IMG/VR virus record: IMGVR_UViG_3300030330_006573
Coordinates: 96,001-160,000 of that record
Strand: one strand, 5' to 3'
Source: a virus
Taxonomy: Duplodnaviria > Caudoviricetes
DNA: 64,000 nucleotides
How positions within the stretch are numbered: position 1 is the stretch's first letter; every line of letters begins with the position of its first letter. The notes beneath the pieces were generated by a model. It searched no databases. It saw nothing but the letters and a program-made list of their open reading frames with translations, and was not told the DNA's origin. Below, piece by piece: positions 1 through 10,059 of the stretch. The position numbers were made by a program, and so were the translations under genes.

Positions 1-492
1 ATTGAACTTTTAGCAATACATGGGAACCCTAACTTTAGATGGCGACATGGAAAGCCTGATATAAAAGTTATATTTAAGAGGTGGGATATTAAAACTATCT
101 ATGAAGATATATCTTCTTGCGATATAGGTCTCTGCCCTAATGCCACAAGTCTCCCAAGAAATATTTTACAAACATCTACAGATCTAGGTCTTTATGACAC
201 AGATTATTCAATTCGATTTAAAAACAAATCTAATGCAGGAAGAGCTTTTGTGTTTCATCAATTAGGTATACCTGTTATCGCAGATTTAACCCCAAGTCAT
301 TTCCATATATTGGGCAATCCCGATTGTGGGCATATTGCCATGTCTAAAGATGGCTGGTTAAATGCATTAAGAGAATTAACCTGTAAGGATCATAGGAATT
401 TTATCGCAACTAATGCAAAAAAAGAATTTGACAAACTTTACAACCCATTAGATTGGACTCAAAAATTTTACAATAAAATATTAGAACTATGA
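1..492 (+). CDS. GT-B (GT4-like) glycosyltransferase, 5'-truncated by window edge
   Basis: Frame is open from base 1 to TGA at 490-492, so it is longer than the 250..492 track ORF. Contains DIGLCP...KNKSNAGR...LGIPVIAD, typical of the GT4 C-terminal domain. Confidence 0.6.
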   Translation: MELLAIHGNPNFRWRHGKPDIKVIFKRWDIKTIYEDISSCDIGLCPNATSLPRNILQTSTDLGLYDTDYSIRFKNKSNAGRAFVFHQLGIPVIADLTPSHFHILGNPDCGHIAMSKDGWLNALRELTCKDHRNFIATNAKKEFDKLYNPLDWTQKFYNKILEL

Positions 493-1226
493 GCAAAGGA
501 ATTTTATATATAGCTTTTAATGAAGCTTACATTAAAGAAGCGATTCTTTCAGCTGAATCTTTAAAAAGATTCATGCCTGAAATGCCCGTTGCATTAATAA
601 CCAATCAAGAACTTTCTAACCCATTCATAGATCAAGTTATAATAAAAAAGATAAAACATGCAAGAAGTAAAGTCGATCTTGTTTCAGAAACTCCTTTTGA
701 AAAGACTATTTACCTAGATTCAGACACATTGATAGTTAGAGATATTTCAGATATGTTCGAAGTTTTAGATAGATTTGATGTTGCATTTACTCATGACTAT
801 GCAAGAAAAAGAAAAAAATACTCAAATGTAATACCTGAATACAGCGAAATTCCTTATTCTTTCTCTGAAGTGAATGGGGGAATTATGGCCTATAACAATT
901 CCCAAAGAACTGTTGATTTCTTAGAATTATGGAAAAAATATTTTTATAAATATTACAATCAAACAAGCGGCTGGGATCAAGTCAGCTTAAGAATATCTTT
1001 GTGGAAAAGTGAAGCTCTTATACATTACTTTCCTTTTGAATATAATATAAGAAGTAAGGCTAACAGAGAAAAACAAGACAGATTTAAACGTCAATTCGGA
1101 GAACAGCATATGGCTCCAAGAATTTATCACATGCATCACAACCCAGATGTTTATAGAGGCAAATTTACAGTAAACAATTTGGAAGAACTCGAAAAAAGCT
1201 TAAAAGAACAAGCTGTTTGGTATTAA
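489..1226 (+). CDS. GT-A fold glycosyltransferase (GT8-like)
   Basis: TPFEKTIYLDSDT DxD motif, NGGIM and WDQVSLR motifs. Confidence 0.7.
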   Translation: MSKGILYIAFNEAYIKEAILSAESLKRFMPEMPVALITNQELSNPFIDQVIIKKIKHARSKVDLVSETPFEKTIYLDSDTLIVRDISDMFEVLDRFDVAFTHDYARKRKKYSNVIPEYSEIPYSFSEVNGGIMAYNNSQRTVDFLELWKKYFYKYYNQTSGWDQVSLRISLWKSEALIHYFPFEYNIRSKANREKQDRFKRQFGEQHMAPRIYHMHHNPDVYRGKFTVNNLEELEKSLKEQAVWY

Positions 1227-1240
1227 AATGTAGTTCAGCG

Positions 1241-1978
1241 ATGAACGCTTATTTAGATAAAGATTTTTTAGATTATATTTCGAACAAGAAAGTGGCTCTT
1301 ATTGGCCCAGCTTCTTACTTATTAGATGATAAAATGGGAAGCTTGATTGATTCTTATGATATAGTTGTCAGGGTCGGCAGAAGCATTGAAATACTCGATA
1401 ATCATCCTGAAAACCTAGGGTTAAAAACAAATATATTATATAATTCTTGCATAGAAGACCCAAATCAGGGCGGAGATTTAAATATCGATTTATTTAAGTC
1501 TCATGGTGTAGAATGGATTTGCACAATACCCGCCTCTAGCTATAACGGGCACTGCGAAAGCAATAATCTTCCCGAAACCGTCAATCCATATTCCATAAAA
1601 AAAATTAAACAAAATTTTAATTTTCATTTAACTGATTGGAGAATTTGTGCGGAAGTAAATCGCAAACTTAAATGCAGAGGAAATACAGGTTTTGTCGCTA
1701 TTTTCGACTTGTTATATCATCAAGTCAGGGAGTTATTTATTTGTGGATATAGCTTCTATCTTGATCCCTATATCAAGGGCTACAAAAAAGGCTGCAGTAA
1801 AATAGAAGCTGATAATGTTAGGCGAACAACCTCAACCAGACATATCCAGGCAAATCATTGGCAATGCTTGAAAGAAGAGGTTGACAAAAATTCACATATT
1901 AAGGTAGATCCCTTTTTAAAAAAAATATTAGATATGGAATCATATTCGCTTAATAATTTTGCAAAACTTAGCATTTAA
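1241..1978 (+). CDS. GT29-like sialyltransferase/ulosonyltransferase
   Basis: Sialylmotif-like segments KVALIGPA..IDSYDIVVRV (L), NTGFVAIFDLL..ELFICGYSFY (S) and a C-terminal His. ATG at 1241 preferred over TTG at 1217. Confidence 0.6.
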   Translation: MNAYLDKDFLDYISNKKVALIGPASYLLDDKMGSLIDSYDIVVRVGRSIEILDNHPENLGLKTNILYNSCIEDPNQGGDLNIDLFKSHGVEWICTIPASSYNGHCESNNLPETVNPYSIKKIKQNFNFHLTDWRICAEVNRKLKCRGNTGFVAIFDLLYHQVRELFICGYSFYLDPYIKGYKKGCSKIEADNVRRTTSTRHIQANHWQCLKEEVDKNSHIKVDPFLKKILDMESYSLNNFAKLSI

Positions 1979-1990
1979 GTAATAGTATTT

Positions 1991-2917
1991 ATGAGTAAAA
2001 TATTAATTACAGGCGGTTGTGGATTCATAGGCACATCAACAGCTAATTTATTAAGGTCTGCTGGTCACGACGTCGAACTTTTGGATCTTGAGGAAAAATT
2101 TAATACAGATCATACTACTTACACAAAGCATTCAGTCGATATAAGAAATGCTGATAATTTCAAACTGTTAAATAAAAAAAAATTTGATTTCATTTTCCAC
2201 TTTGCAGCGCAAACATCAGGAGCTATATCCCAGGAAGAGCCCGAAAGAGATGCTGACATTAATGTTAAGGGCATTTTAAATGTTTGCAATTTCGCCAGAA
2301 CTTGCAAGGCTCAAAAAATAATATTCTCATCCTCTATGGCTGTATATGGAAATAAAATTGGCAAAATAAGTGAAGATGATAGCACTCTCCCAGTTTCAAA
2401 CTATGGAGCTTCCAAACTTTCTGGAGAAATATTCGTAAAGATGTTTAAGCAATTCGGTATTGATTATTCAATTTTTAGACTTTTTAATGTATATGGCCCT
2501 GGGCAGGACTTTAAAAATCTACGCCAGGGAATGGCAAGTATATTTATGGCACAATCCATCACTGGTAGCCAAATAAAAGTTACAGGATCTCTTGATAGAT
2601 ATCGAGATTTTGTTTACATTAGTGATGTTTCTGAAGCCTTAATTCTTGGCTTAGATCGTCGTACTGATTCCATGATATTAAATGTGGGTTCTGGAAAGAA
2701 AACCACAGTCAAAGAATTAATAGACATTATACTCAATACAAACGATGCAGAAAAAGATAGATTCTCTATAATTAATACGGGTGGACACGAAGGTGATCAG
2801 TTTGGGTCTCTTTCTGACATCTCTAAGATTTCTGAAATTGGATGGTCGCCTAAAATTTCACTAGAAAAAGGTATATCATTAATGTATAATAAAGCAAAGG
2901 CAGATCTTGCATCGTGA
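1991..2917 (+). CDS. NAD-dependent sugar epimerase/dehydratase (extended SDR)
   Basis: ITGGCGFIG, YGASK, FNVYGPGQ, RDFVYISD. Confidence 0.9.
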   Translation: MSKILITGGCGFIGTSTANLLRSAGHDVELLDLEEKFNTDHTTYTKHSVDIRNADNFKLLNKKKFDFIFHFAAQTSGAISQEEPERDADINVKGILNVCNFARTCKAQKIIFSSSMAVYGNKIGKISEDDSTLPVSNYGASKLSGEIFVKMFKQFGIDYSIFRLFNVYGPGQDFKNLRQGMASIFMAQSITGSQIKVTGSLDRYRDFVYISDVSEALILGLDRRTDSMILNVGSGKKTTVKELIDIILNTNDAEKDRFSIINTGGHEGDQFGSLSDISKISEIGWSPKISLEKGISLMYNKAKADLAS

Positions 2918-3624
2918 ATATAGTATCATTAATAACTGGCAGGGGCAACAACACCCTAAAAGATAAAAACATCTTGCCCGTTCTGAGCAAAGAATTATTA
3001 ACTTATCCCGCTCATTCAGCTAAAAGTGTGGATTTGATTAATCATTTTTATGCCAGCAGCGATGACGACAACATTCTTAATGTAGCCTCTTCTGTAGGTT
3101 ATAAAAAAATTAAACGCCCTCCAGAGTTGAGTACCCCTACATCTCAGCACATTGATGCTATTTTCCATGCTGTAAAATTTATAAAAGAAAAGGATAATAT
3201 AGATCCAGACATTTTAATTGTGCATCTTGCTAATTCCGTGACCGTCAAGCCTCAGTGGATCGAACAAGCAATTAAGGATATCATTTCCGACCCAAGTATC
3301 TCTTCTGTTGTTCCTGTGTACCAAGAACAAAGCCATCACCCCTATAGAGCCAAGACAACAAACAAAGACGGCTTCCTGGAAACTTTTTTTAATTTTACCG
3401 ATACCGAAGTGTCAACTAACCGTCAAGATTTAACCTCTTGCTATTTTTTATGTCATAATTTTTGGGTATTAAATATGAAAAATTCTCTGTTTTCCGAAGG
3501 CGGTCAAAAGCCTTGGGTTTTTTTAGGCAATAAGATTAAGCCGATTGTTGTAGATGAATGCTTTGATGTTCATTGCATTGAAGATTTAAAAAGATGCGAA
3601 GAATGGATTCTTAAAAATAATTAA
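2914..3624 (+). CDS. CMP-ulosonate synthetase-like cytidylyltransferase (NeuA/KdsB family)
   Basis: GRGNNTLKDKNI (ARGGSK..KN-like), SSDD, RPPELS, NRQDL, FDVHCIEDL. Confidence 0.75.
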   Translation: MNIVSLITGRGNNTLKDKNILPVLSKELLTYPAHSAKSVDLINHFYASSDDDNILNVASSVGYKKIKRPPELSTPTSQHIDAIFHAVKFIKEKDNIDPDILIVHLANSVTVKPQWIEQAIKDIISDPSISSVVPVYQEQSHHPYRAKTTNKDGFLETFFNFTDTEVSTNRQDLTSCYFLCHNFWVLNMKNSLFSEGGQKPWVFLGNKIKPIVVDECFDVHCIEDLKRCEEWILKNN

Positions 3625-3629
3625 AATTC

Positions 3630-4697
3630 ATGGAAGACACTCAAGAAACACTTAAATTGGAGACCCTAGATTGCACCTTGAGAGATGGGGGATATATTAA
3701 CAATTGGGAATTTTCTGACGAAGAAGTTTTATCGTGCTACCAGGCGGTGTCTTTATCTGGTATAGATTATTTTGAAATAGGTTTTAAATCTAAAAAAGAA
3801 TCTGGCCCTAAAAAAGGTAGTTGGTGGCATTCTACAGATCAAGACATAAATAGAATTTATAATAAATATCAAAACTCAAAAAGATGCAAGATTGCTGCTA
3901 TGATCTATTCTGAATATGACACTCTTGATTCTTTTTTACCTAAAACTAGTTCCAAAATAGATCTAGTCAGAATACTAGTTGGGCATAATAACCCTCTTCA
4001 ACTTAAGAGTGTTGACCACAAGCAAGCCCAAAAATGCAAAGAGTTATCGCAGGGCTTACTAGACCTAGGTTATGAAGTCGCTGTTAATCTTGCTTGCATA
4101 GATAAAATTCATAAATCTAAGTTGGATATTTTTTTCGAGGAACTTAGCGACATTCCATTGAAATGTATTTATATAGCTGATACATATGGAGCTATAGACG
4201 AGATCTCTGTTTTGGAACATATTGATCGAGTTTCAGAATATGGATTCAAAGTAGGGGTTCATACTCACAACAATCAAAACGATGCCCTATCAAAAACAAA
4301 AGTAGCTTTAAATTGTCCGAATGTCTCTATAGTGGACGGCTGTATTGGGGGTCTTGGTCGAGGAGCAGGTAATTGCAATAGTGAATTATTGGTTTTATAT
4401 TTGTCTAAAACATCGCCAAATAAATATAATGCAGATCCCCTAATAATACATTATGATAAATATATTAGAAGCTCTAGCGAATACCTGGCAAATAAATTAT
4501 GCTACAGCTATCACCCTCTGTATGCTTATGCCGCCCACTTTGGCATTCATCCTAATTTTGCTGACGAGCTAATAAGAGCTTCGAGCATCCATATACCCGA
4601 AAAGCTCGACTTATTACGTAATATAGACCATCATTGCCGCTCTACGAATAAATATTCTTACGACAAAAATTTAATTACTCAGTTGTCGAATGAATAA
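3630..4697 (+). CDS. DRE-TIM (HMGL-like) pyruvate aldolase, 4-hydroxy-2-oxovalerate aldolase-like
   Basis: LDCTLRDGGY, YIADTYG, GVHTHNN, GLGRGAGN. Confidence 0.8.
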   Translation: MEDTQETLKLETLDCTLRDGGYINNWEFSDEEVLSCYQAVSLSGIDYFEIGFKSKKESGPKKGSWWHSTDQDINRIYNKYQNSKRCKIAAMIYSEYDTLDSFLPKTSSKIDLVRILVGHNNPLQLKSVDHKQAQKCKELSQGLLDLGYEVAVNLACIDKIHKSKLDIFFEELSDIPLKCIYIADTYGAIDEISVLEHIDRVSEYGFKVGVHTHNNQNDALSKTKVALNCPNVSIVDGCIGGLGRGAGNCNSELLVLYLSKTSPNKYNADPLIIHYDKYIRSSSEYLANKLCYSYHPLYAYAAHFGIHPNFADELIRASSIHIPEKLDLLRNIDHHCRSTNKYSYDKNLITQLSNE

Positions 4698-5799
4698 CAT
4701 AGAAGACTTTTATTCCGATTACGGAAATCCTCCTGAATTTTTAACCTCACAATACAAAAAGTTTCTTGAGGGAAATGCATTTAAAACCCCCAAAGGGGTT
4801 CAACGTTATGCTGAAGCAAATATTCCCTTTGAAATAAAAGAAGAGTGGGTCTCAGATATAAAACTTAATATTCTTATGGCTCACTTTAAGCCATTCAAAA
4901 ATGAACTTGATGCTCTTGATTACCCTGTTTTTTTATCTAAAATATGGCCCAATTCAAATATCCATTTAACTTACGATAAATCTCCAAAAATCTATCCTCC
5001 TTCATTTACAATCAAGGATGGTAAAATAAAGCAGATAGACAAGCTTCTACCTTCGTATGATATTATCATTGGCAGATCAGGAGTTCTTTCTGTCATGGCC
5101 AATCGACCAGAAACTTCAAAAATTCCCAGCAGATCAAAGTTTAAAGTTCAAATGAGAAGCATGGGCTATCATCGCAACACAATAGGCTATGATCTTATTT
5201 TCAAAGACGAGTATGTTAGTCCACCGCCCTCTCCAGTTTATAGAAACAATGCTCTTCAGGTTCTTAATAGCACAAAAAAAAGAAAAGTTATTTTATTTGC
5301 TGGATCTCTATCTGGATGGAAAAATCAACAATCTTTTATTGAGATGCTTGACCCTGACTTATGCAAAGACTTTTCTTTTTTATTTTTAGGCAAAGGGCCG
5401 AAAGCTCGCGCGGTATCTCAACGCTGCAAAGAAAAAGGATTTCGGCACTATATGGGATGGGCAAATCACGCATACATGCCCTTTTTTACATCCATATCCC
5501 GCCTTAATGTAAACAATACAGACTCTCGTGCTTGGGGTCAGCCTTATGACCCTAACCCTAGAGTATTAGGAGAAGCAGCAGTGTCCAATACCCACTCTAT
5601 TTGCTCTAAATTGACTCTTTTTAATAATGATTTAAATAATTATGTTACTTCTTACGACCACGAGTGCACCTCCAGTCTTAATAGAGTCTTCGATCAATCT
5701 CTTCGGATTGATTGTTCAATTTATAATAAAGAATTTAAGACTCTTGAAGAAAAATGTTATGAGATTACTCAGGCTATTTTAACTCACTTTTTCAAATAA
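4690..5799 (+). CDS. putative GT-B glycosyltransferase
   Basis: ILFAGSLSGWKNQ, LFLGKG and DPNPRVLGEA resemble the GT4 C-terminal domain. Confidence 0.5.
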   Translation: MNNIEDFYSDYGNPPEFLTSQYKKFLEGNAFKTPKGVQRYAEANIPFEIKEEWVSDIKLNILMAHFKPFKNELDALDYPVFLSKIWPNSNIHLTYDKSPKIYPPSFTIKDGKIKQIDKLLPSYDIIIGRSGVLSVMANRPETSKIPSRSKFKVQMRSMGYHRNTIGYDLIFKDEYVSPPPSPVYRNNALQVLNSTKKRKVILFAGSLSGWKNQQSFIEMLDPDLCKDFSFLFLGKGPKARAVSQRCKEKGFRHYMGWANHAYMPFFTSISRLNVNNTDSRAWGQPYDPNPRVLGEAAVSNTHSICSKLTLFNNDLNNYVTSYDHECTSSLNRVFDQSLRIDCSIYNKEFKTLEEKCYEITQAILTHFFK

Positions 5800-5824
5800 A
5801 ATAAAAATGTAAACGAAATTTAAA

Positions 5825-6811
5825 ATGCATATAATAAGCGATAAAGACCTTTATGAACAGTACTATTTCTCCAAGTCGCTAATTTTGGACGATAAAAATT
5901 ATAGAAAAATAAGAAATGACAATTTTAAGCCAGACAAGTATATCGGGCTACTAAATAAGGAAGGCACCGAGTTTACCCCTTTAGTTTGCAAGAATAATAT
6001 GGTGTCATTTTACGGGGGGTTTTTTTATAATGAACCTAATTATATTTATCCCAAGACAGTAAACGAAGTCTTGAATTACCTTTTGAAAAAAAAATATAAT
6101 TTTAGACTTCTAAATTTAGAAAAAGATATTTTTAATGAATTAAATTATGACTTAAGAAAGTATGACGTACCTTACAAACAAAACTGGAGCATAAACTCCA
6201 TAAAAAATTTTGACGAAAACGCTCATTTCTTAAAATTAAAAAAATTAAACAAAAAAAAATCAGATAGATTTAGGAGAGCTATAATAAAACAAGATCAATA
6301 TTGCATAGAAAGACTTTTGCCGTCGAACAAAAAGAAAATTAAATACCTAGTAGATTTAATAAGCAAATCTTTTAAAAAGAGGGGCTTGCCTCGCTATGAG
6401 TGGCTCGATAACAAATTATTATTTGAAATATTAGATTTTTTTCACAAACAAAACAATTTATACTTTTTCACAATGCACCACTCCAAACAAAAAGATGTGG
6501 GCTGGTTTTGCTTTGTCAAAAACAACAATTGCATGCAAAATATCTTATTCAATGTAATAAACAGGATCTATGAGAACGACGTTTTCATTTTGTTTATAAA
6601 AATGTTGGGAGTTCTAAGAAAATCTGATGCAGAACGTTTCGACTTCATGAGCGGCAATTTTGGATACAAAGATATTTGCGGCTGTACTTATAAGCCTTTA
6701 TTTGCACTAGTAAATGACCCAAAGTGGAAAAATGAATACAATAAAGATGTAGAAAAAAAACATATTCTTTCCAAAATAAATAGAGACTACGGATGCTTCG
6801 CCCAAAAATAA
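5825..6811 (+). CDS. GNAT/FemAB-like acyl- or aminoacyl-transferase
   Basis: C-terminal RFDFMSGNFGYK resembles the FDF..G...YK motif of FemAB-type GNATs; lies in the sugar cluster. Confidence 0.5.
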   Translation: MHIISDKDLYEQYYFSKSLILDDKNYRKIRNDNFKPDKYIGLLNKEGTEFTPLVCKNNMVSFYGGFFYNEPNYIYPKTVNEVLNYLLKKKYNFRLLNLEKDIFNELNYDLRKYDVPYKQNWSINSIKNFDENAHFLKLKKLNKKKSDRFRRAIIKQDQYCIERLLPSNKKKIKYLVDLISKSFKKRGLPRYEWLDNKLLFEILDFFHKQNNLYFFTMHHSKQKDVGWFCFVKNNNCMQNILFNVINRIYENDVFILFIKMLGVLRKSDAERFDFMSGNFGYKDICGCTYKPLFALVNDPKWKNEYNKDVEKKHILSKINRDYGCFAQK

Positions 6812-7440
6812 AAAAAGATCTTATAATTTTTGTTGCCCATATTGACGATGTCGAATGTGCGGCATACGGCTATTTATTTAAACATTGCAATGAATACGAT
6901 AAGATAAAAATTATTACAGCAACAACATGGAGTGAAAAAGAGCCTGTATGGGAAGAAAATATAAGTAATTTACCTATTGAAATTAATTCTAAATTAGTGG
7001 ATATTAATCTAGGATTTGAACAAAGAACTTTATTTAATAATTTAGACAAGGTCAAAGATTGTTTTTACAAAACTATTGATTTTAACAAAAGATTCGATCT
7101 TCTTACTCATGATCACGATGATTCACACACAGACCATGTCGCATTGAGCTTTATATGCAAGGGTATGTATAAATACTGTAGTCGTTATGTTACTTTATAC
7201 TCTCCATCTAGTGTTAATTTTCAAAGTAATTACTATATAGGTATTGATGGCGATCTTTATGATCTTAAAAAGAAAGCTTTAGATAGATATGACATCAATA
7301 AAGATCAGTCTTATACAAAATGGGGATATTACCTACAAAGCGAAGAGCATTACAATATAGGACGAGCTCATGTTTTAGAAAATTTTGCCTTTGACGACTA
7401 TCAAACATATGAAATATACAAAATAATGAAGTGGTTATGA
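6793..7440 (+). CDS. PIG-L family deacetylase
   Basis: AHIDDVE and THDHDDSHTDH motifs. Confidence 0.7.
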   Translation: MLRPKIKKDLIIFVAHIDDVECAAYGYLFKHCNEYDKIKIITATTWSEKEPVWEENISNLPIEINSKLVDINLGFEQRTLFNNLDKVKDCFYKTIDFNKRFDLLTHDHDDSHTDHVALSFICKGMYKYCSRYVTLYSPSSVNFQSNYYIGIDGDLYDLKKKALDRYDINKDQSYTKWGYYLQSEEHYNIGRAHVLENFAFDDYQTYEIYKIMKWL

Positions 7441-7480
7441 GAGAGTTAGATATATTAATGATTGATCGCCCCCAAAAATC

Positions 7481-8059
7481 TTGAAAGCAACAATCCATCA
7501 ACCCGAACACTTTCCATACATGGGGTTTTTTCAAAAAATTTCCCAAGCGGATATATTTGTGGTATTAGACAATGTTAATTATAGAAAAAATTATTTTCAA
7601 AATCGCAATAAAATAAAATTAAAAGATGGTAGAGATGACTGGATTACCGTTCCAGTTGAAAAAAAGGCTACTTCTAAACATATTAATTGTATTAGGGTGT
7701 CTCCAGATACTCAATGGAGAATCAAGCTATTGAATAAAATTAGGCAAAATTTAGACATTGACATGCAAGAAGTATATTCCCATTCTAAGCTAATTGACAT
7801 TAATATGGACAGCATTCGTTGGGCTATGAGGCAAATGGGTATTGAAAGAGATATGGTTTTTGCGAGCACATTGGGTGTCAAGGGCAGCAAATCCCAGCTA
7901 CTAGCAAACATCCTCAGAAAAATTGGTGCTACAAAATATATAAGTGGGCCATCAGGCAAGGACTATTTAGATATGAATTACTTCAATGGAATAGAGGTTG
8001 ATTTTTTTGAACCTCATGTGCAAAACTACTATTCTTGCTTATACAATTTAAAAACTTAA
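7481..8059 (+). CDS. WbqC-like protein
   Basis: IHQPEHFPYMGFFQK, FQNRNKI, YISGPSGKDYL. Confidence 0.85.
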   Translation: MKATIHQPEHFPYMGFFQKISQADIFVVLDNVNYRKNYFQNRNKIKLKDGRDDWITVPVEKKATSKHINCIRVSPDTQWRIKLLNKIRQNLDIDMQEVYSHSKLIDINMDSIRWAMRQMGIERDMVFASTLGVKGSKSQLLANILRKIGATKYISGPSGKDYLDMNYFNGIEVDFFEPHVQNYYSCLYNLKT

Positions 8060-8099
8060 TAAATAGATAGAAATTTATTGATAAAAAATTACAATAACT

Positions 8100-9041
8100 A
8101 TGAAATATACAGTAACAGGCGGAGCAGGCTTCATTGGAAGTAATCTAGTAGATCAATTGATTAATGACGGACATGAAGTTGTGGTCATTGATTCTTTAGT
8201 TACAGGAAAAAAAGAAAACATAAACCCAAAAGCTGAATTTGTTCAAGCTGACATAAATGCTTGCAGGCAGGGAACTGTCGCATTATCTGCATACACAGAA
8301 AGGGTAGAGCAATCTATTAAAGGTAGCGATGCTATCTTTCATTTAGCAGCCCTTGCTAGGGTACAGCCATCAATAGAAGATCCAGTTACTTTCAATGATA
8401 CAAATGTTAATGGCACATTAAATATGTTAGTCATGGCCCAGAAGCTTGGAATAAAGCGTTTTGTTTATAGTGCATCTTCTTCTGCCTATGGTAATGCTAA
8501 AATCTTTCCAACTCCAGAAACTCATCCGACAAACCCATTAAGTCCATATGGCTTACAAAAGTTAATTGGAGAACAATACTGTAAAGTTTTCTCTATTTGC
8601 TATGGACTAGAAACAGTTTGCCTTAGATATTTCAATGTATTTGGAGAGCGTCAATCGCTAGAAGGTGCATACTGCTTAGTGATGGGAATCTTTGCCAATC
8701 AAAGGTTAAAAGGTGAGCCTATGACAATTGTTGGAGATGGTGAACAAAGAAGAGATTTTACATATGTTGGCGATGTTGTAAGGGCAAATATTTCAGCATC
8801 TCAATCAGATAAAGTCGGATATGGAGAAGTTATAAATATTGGTAATGGTGATAATCGTTCCGTAAATGATCTTGCAGATTTAATAGGTGGCCCAAGGGTT
8901 AATATTGAATCTCGACTCGAACCGAAACAAACACTTGCTGACAACTCTAAGGCTAAGGAATTATTAAACTGGAGTCCTTCAGTAACTTTAGAAGAGTGGA
9001 TTCCGAAGTACAAGCAAGAACTTGGATTAAAAGATGAGTAA
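8100..9041 (+). CDS. UDP-sugar 4-epimerase-like SDR
   Basis: VTGGAGFIGS, YGLQK, RYFNVFG, RDFTYV. Confidence 0.9.
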   Translation: MKYTVTGGAGFIGSNLVDQLINDGHEVVVIDSLVTGKKENINPKAEFVQADINACRQGTVALSAYTERVEQSIKGSDAIFHLAALARVQPSIEDPVTFNDTNVNGTLNMLVMAQKLGIKRFVYSASSSAYGNAKIFPTPETHPTNPLSPYGLQKLIGEQYCKVFSICYGLETVCLRYFNVFGERQSLEGAYCLVMGIFANQRLKGEPMTIVGDGEQRRDFTYVGDVVRANISASQSDKVGYGEVINIGNGDNRSVNDLADLIGGPRVNIESRLEPKQTLADNSKAKELLNWSPSVTLEEWIPKYKQELGLKDE

Positions 9042-10059
9042 AGTTATAATCACAACTGGTGTTTCTGGTCAAGATGGCAGCCTAATGGTTGACTATCTAC
9101 TTAAGCATACTGATTATAAAATTTATGGAGGAGTAAGAAGGCTTAGTGTTACAAATTATACTAATATTGAACACATCAACAATGACAGGTTTGAGCTTAT
9201 AAATATTGATTTATCTGATTCGCATAGTATCGAACAAGCCATCCTAAAACACAAACCAGATTATTTTATTAATTTTGCTGCACAAAGTTTTGTCGGCTCT
9301 AGTTGGGACTTTCCTAAACAAACCTTTGAAGTTAATGCTACTGCAGTTTTAGATATACTTGAATCTATCAGGACACATCAACCTAAATGCAGATTTTATA
9401 ATGCTGGCTCTTCTGAAGAGTTTGGTGATGTTATTTATTCACCCCAAGACGAAAGCCACCCCCTTAGACCTAGAAGTCCTTATGGGGCGTCAAAAGCATC
9501 AGCTAGACATCTAGTAAAGGTATATAGAGAGTCTTATGGACTTTATGCTGTTCAAGGTTGGCTTTTCAATCATGAAGGCACAAGGAGGGGTTATGAATTT
9601 GTTACCAGAAAAATAACATCAACAATCGCAAAAATCAAAAAATCAATAGAGAACGGAACTGAGATAGTTCCGCTAGAAGTTGGGAATATGAATGCAGAGA
9701 GAGACTGGAGTGACGCCGAAGACTTTACTGAAGGTGTTTGGCTTATGCTCAACCAAGAAGAGCCACAAGAATATGTTCTATCAAGCGGAGAAGTAAATAC
9801 AGTTAGAAATTTCATAATTACATGTTTTCAATGTGCAGGAATAACAGCTTGGTTTTCTGGCGAAGGAGTTGAAGAAAAATTTACCGACGATAACGATAAT
9901 ATTTTAGTAAAAGTTAATCCTGAATATTACAGACCAGCAGAAGTAAATCTATTGAAGGGAGACCCTACATTAGCTATTGGAGAATTAGGCTGGAAACCTA
10001 AGTCTTCTTTCAGAGATTTAGTTGAAAAAATGTATAATCACGATTATAATTTACTATGA
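9034..10059 (+). CDS. gmd: GDP-mannose 4,6-dehydratase
   Basis: GVSGQDGS, AAQSFV, PRSPYGASK, LFNHE, FVTRKIT, YRPAEV. Confidence 0.93.
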   Translation: MSKVIITTGVSGQDGSLMVDYLLKHTDYKIYGGVRRLSVTNYTNIEHINNDRFELINIDLSDSHSIEQAILKHKPDYFINFAAQSFVGSSWDFPKQTFEVNATAVLDILESIRTHQPKCRFYNAGSSEEFGDVIYSPQDESHPLRPRSPYGASKASARHLVKVYRESYGLYAVQGWLFNHEGTRRGYEFVTRKITSTIAKIKKSIENGTEIVPLEVGNMNAERDWSDAEDFTEGVWLMLNQEEPQEYVLSSGEVNTVRNFIITCFQCAGITAWFSGEGVEEKFTDDNDNILVKVNPEYYRPAEVNLLKGDPTLAIGELGWKPKSSFRDLVEKMYNHDYNLL

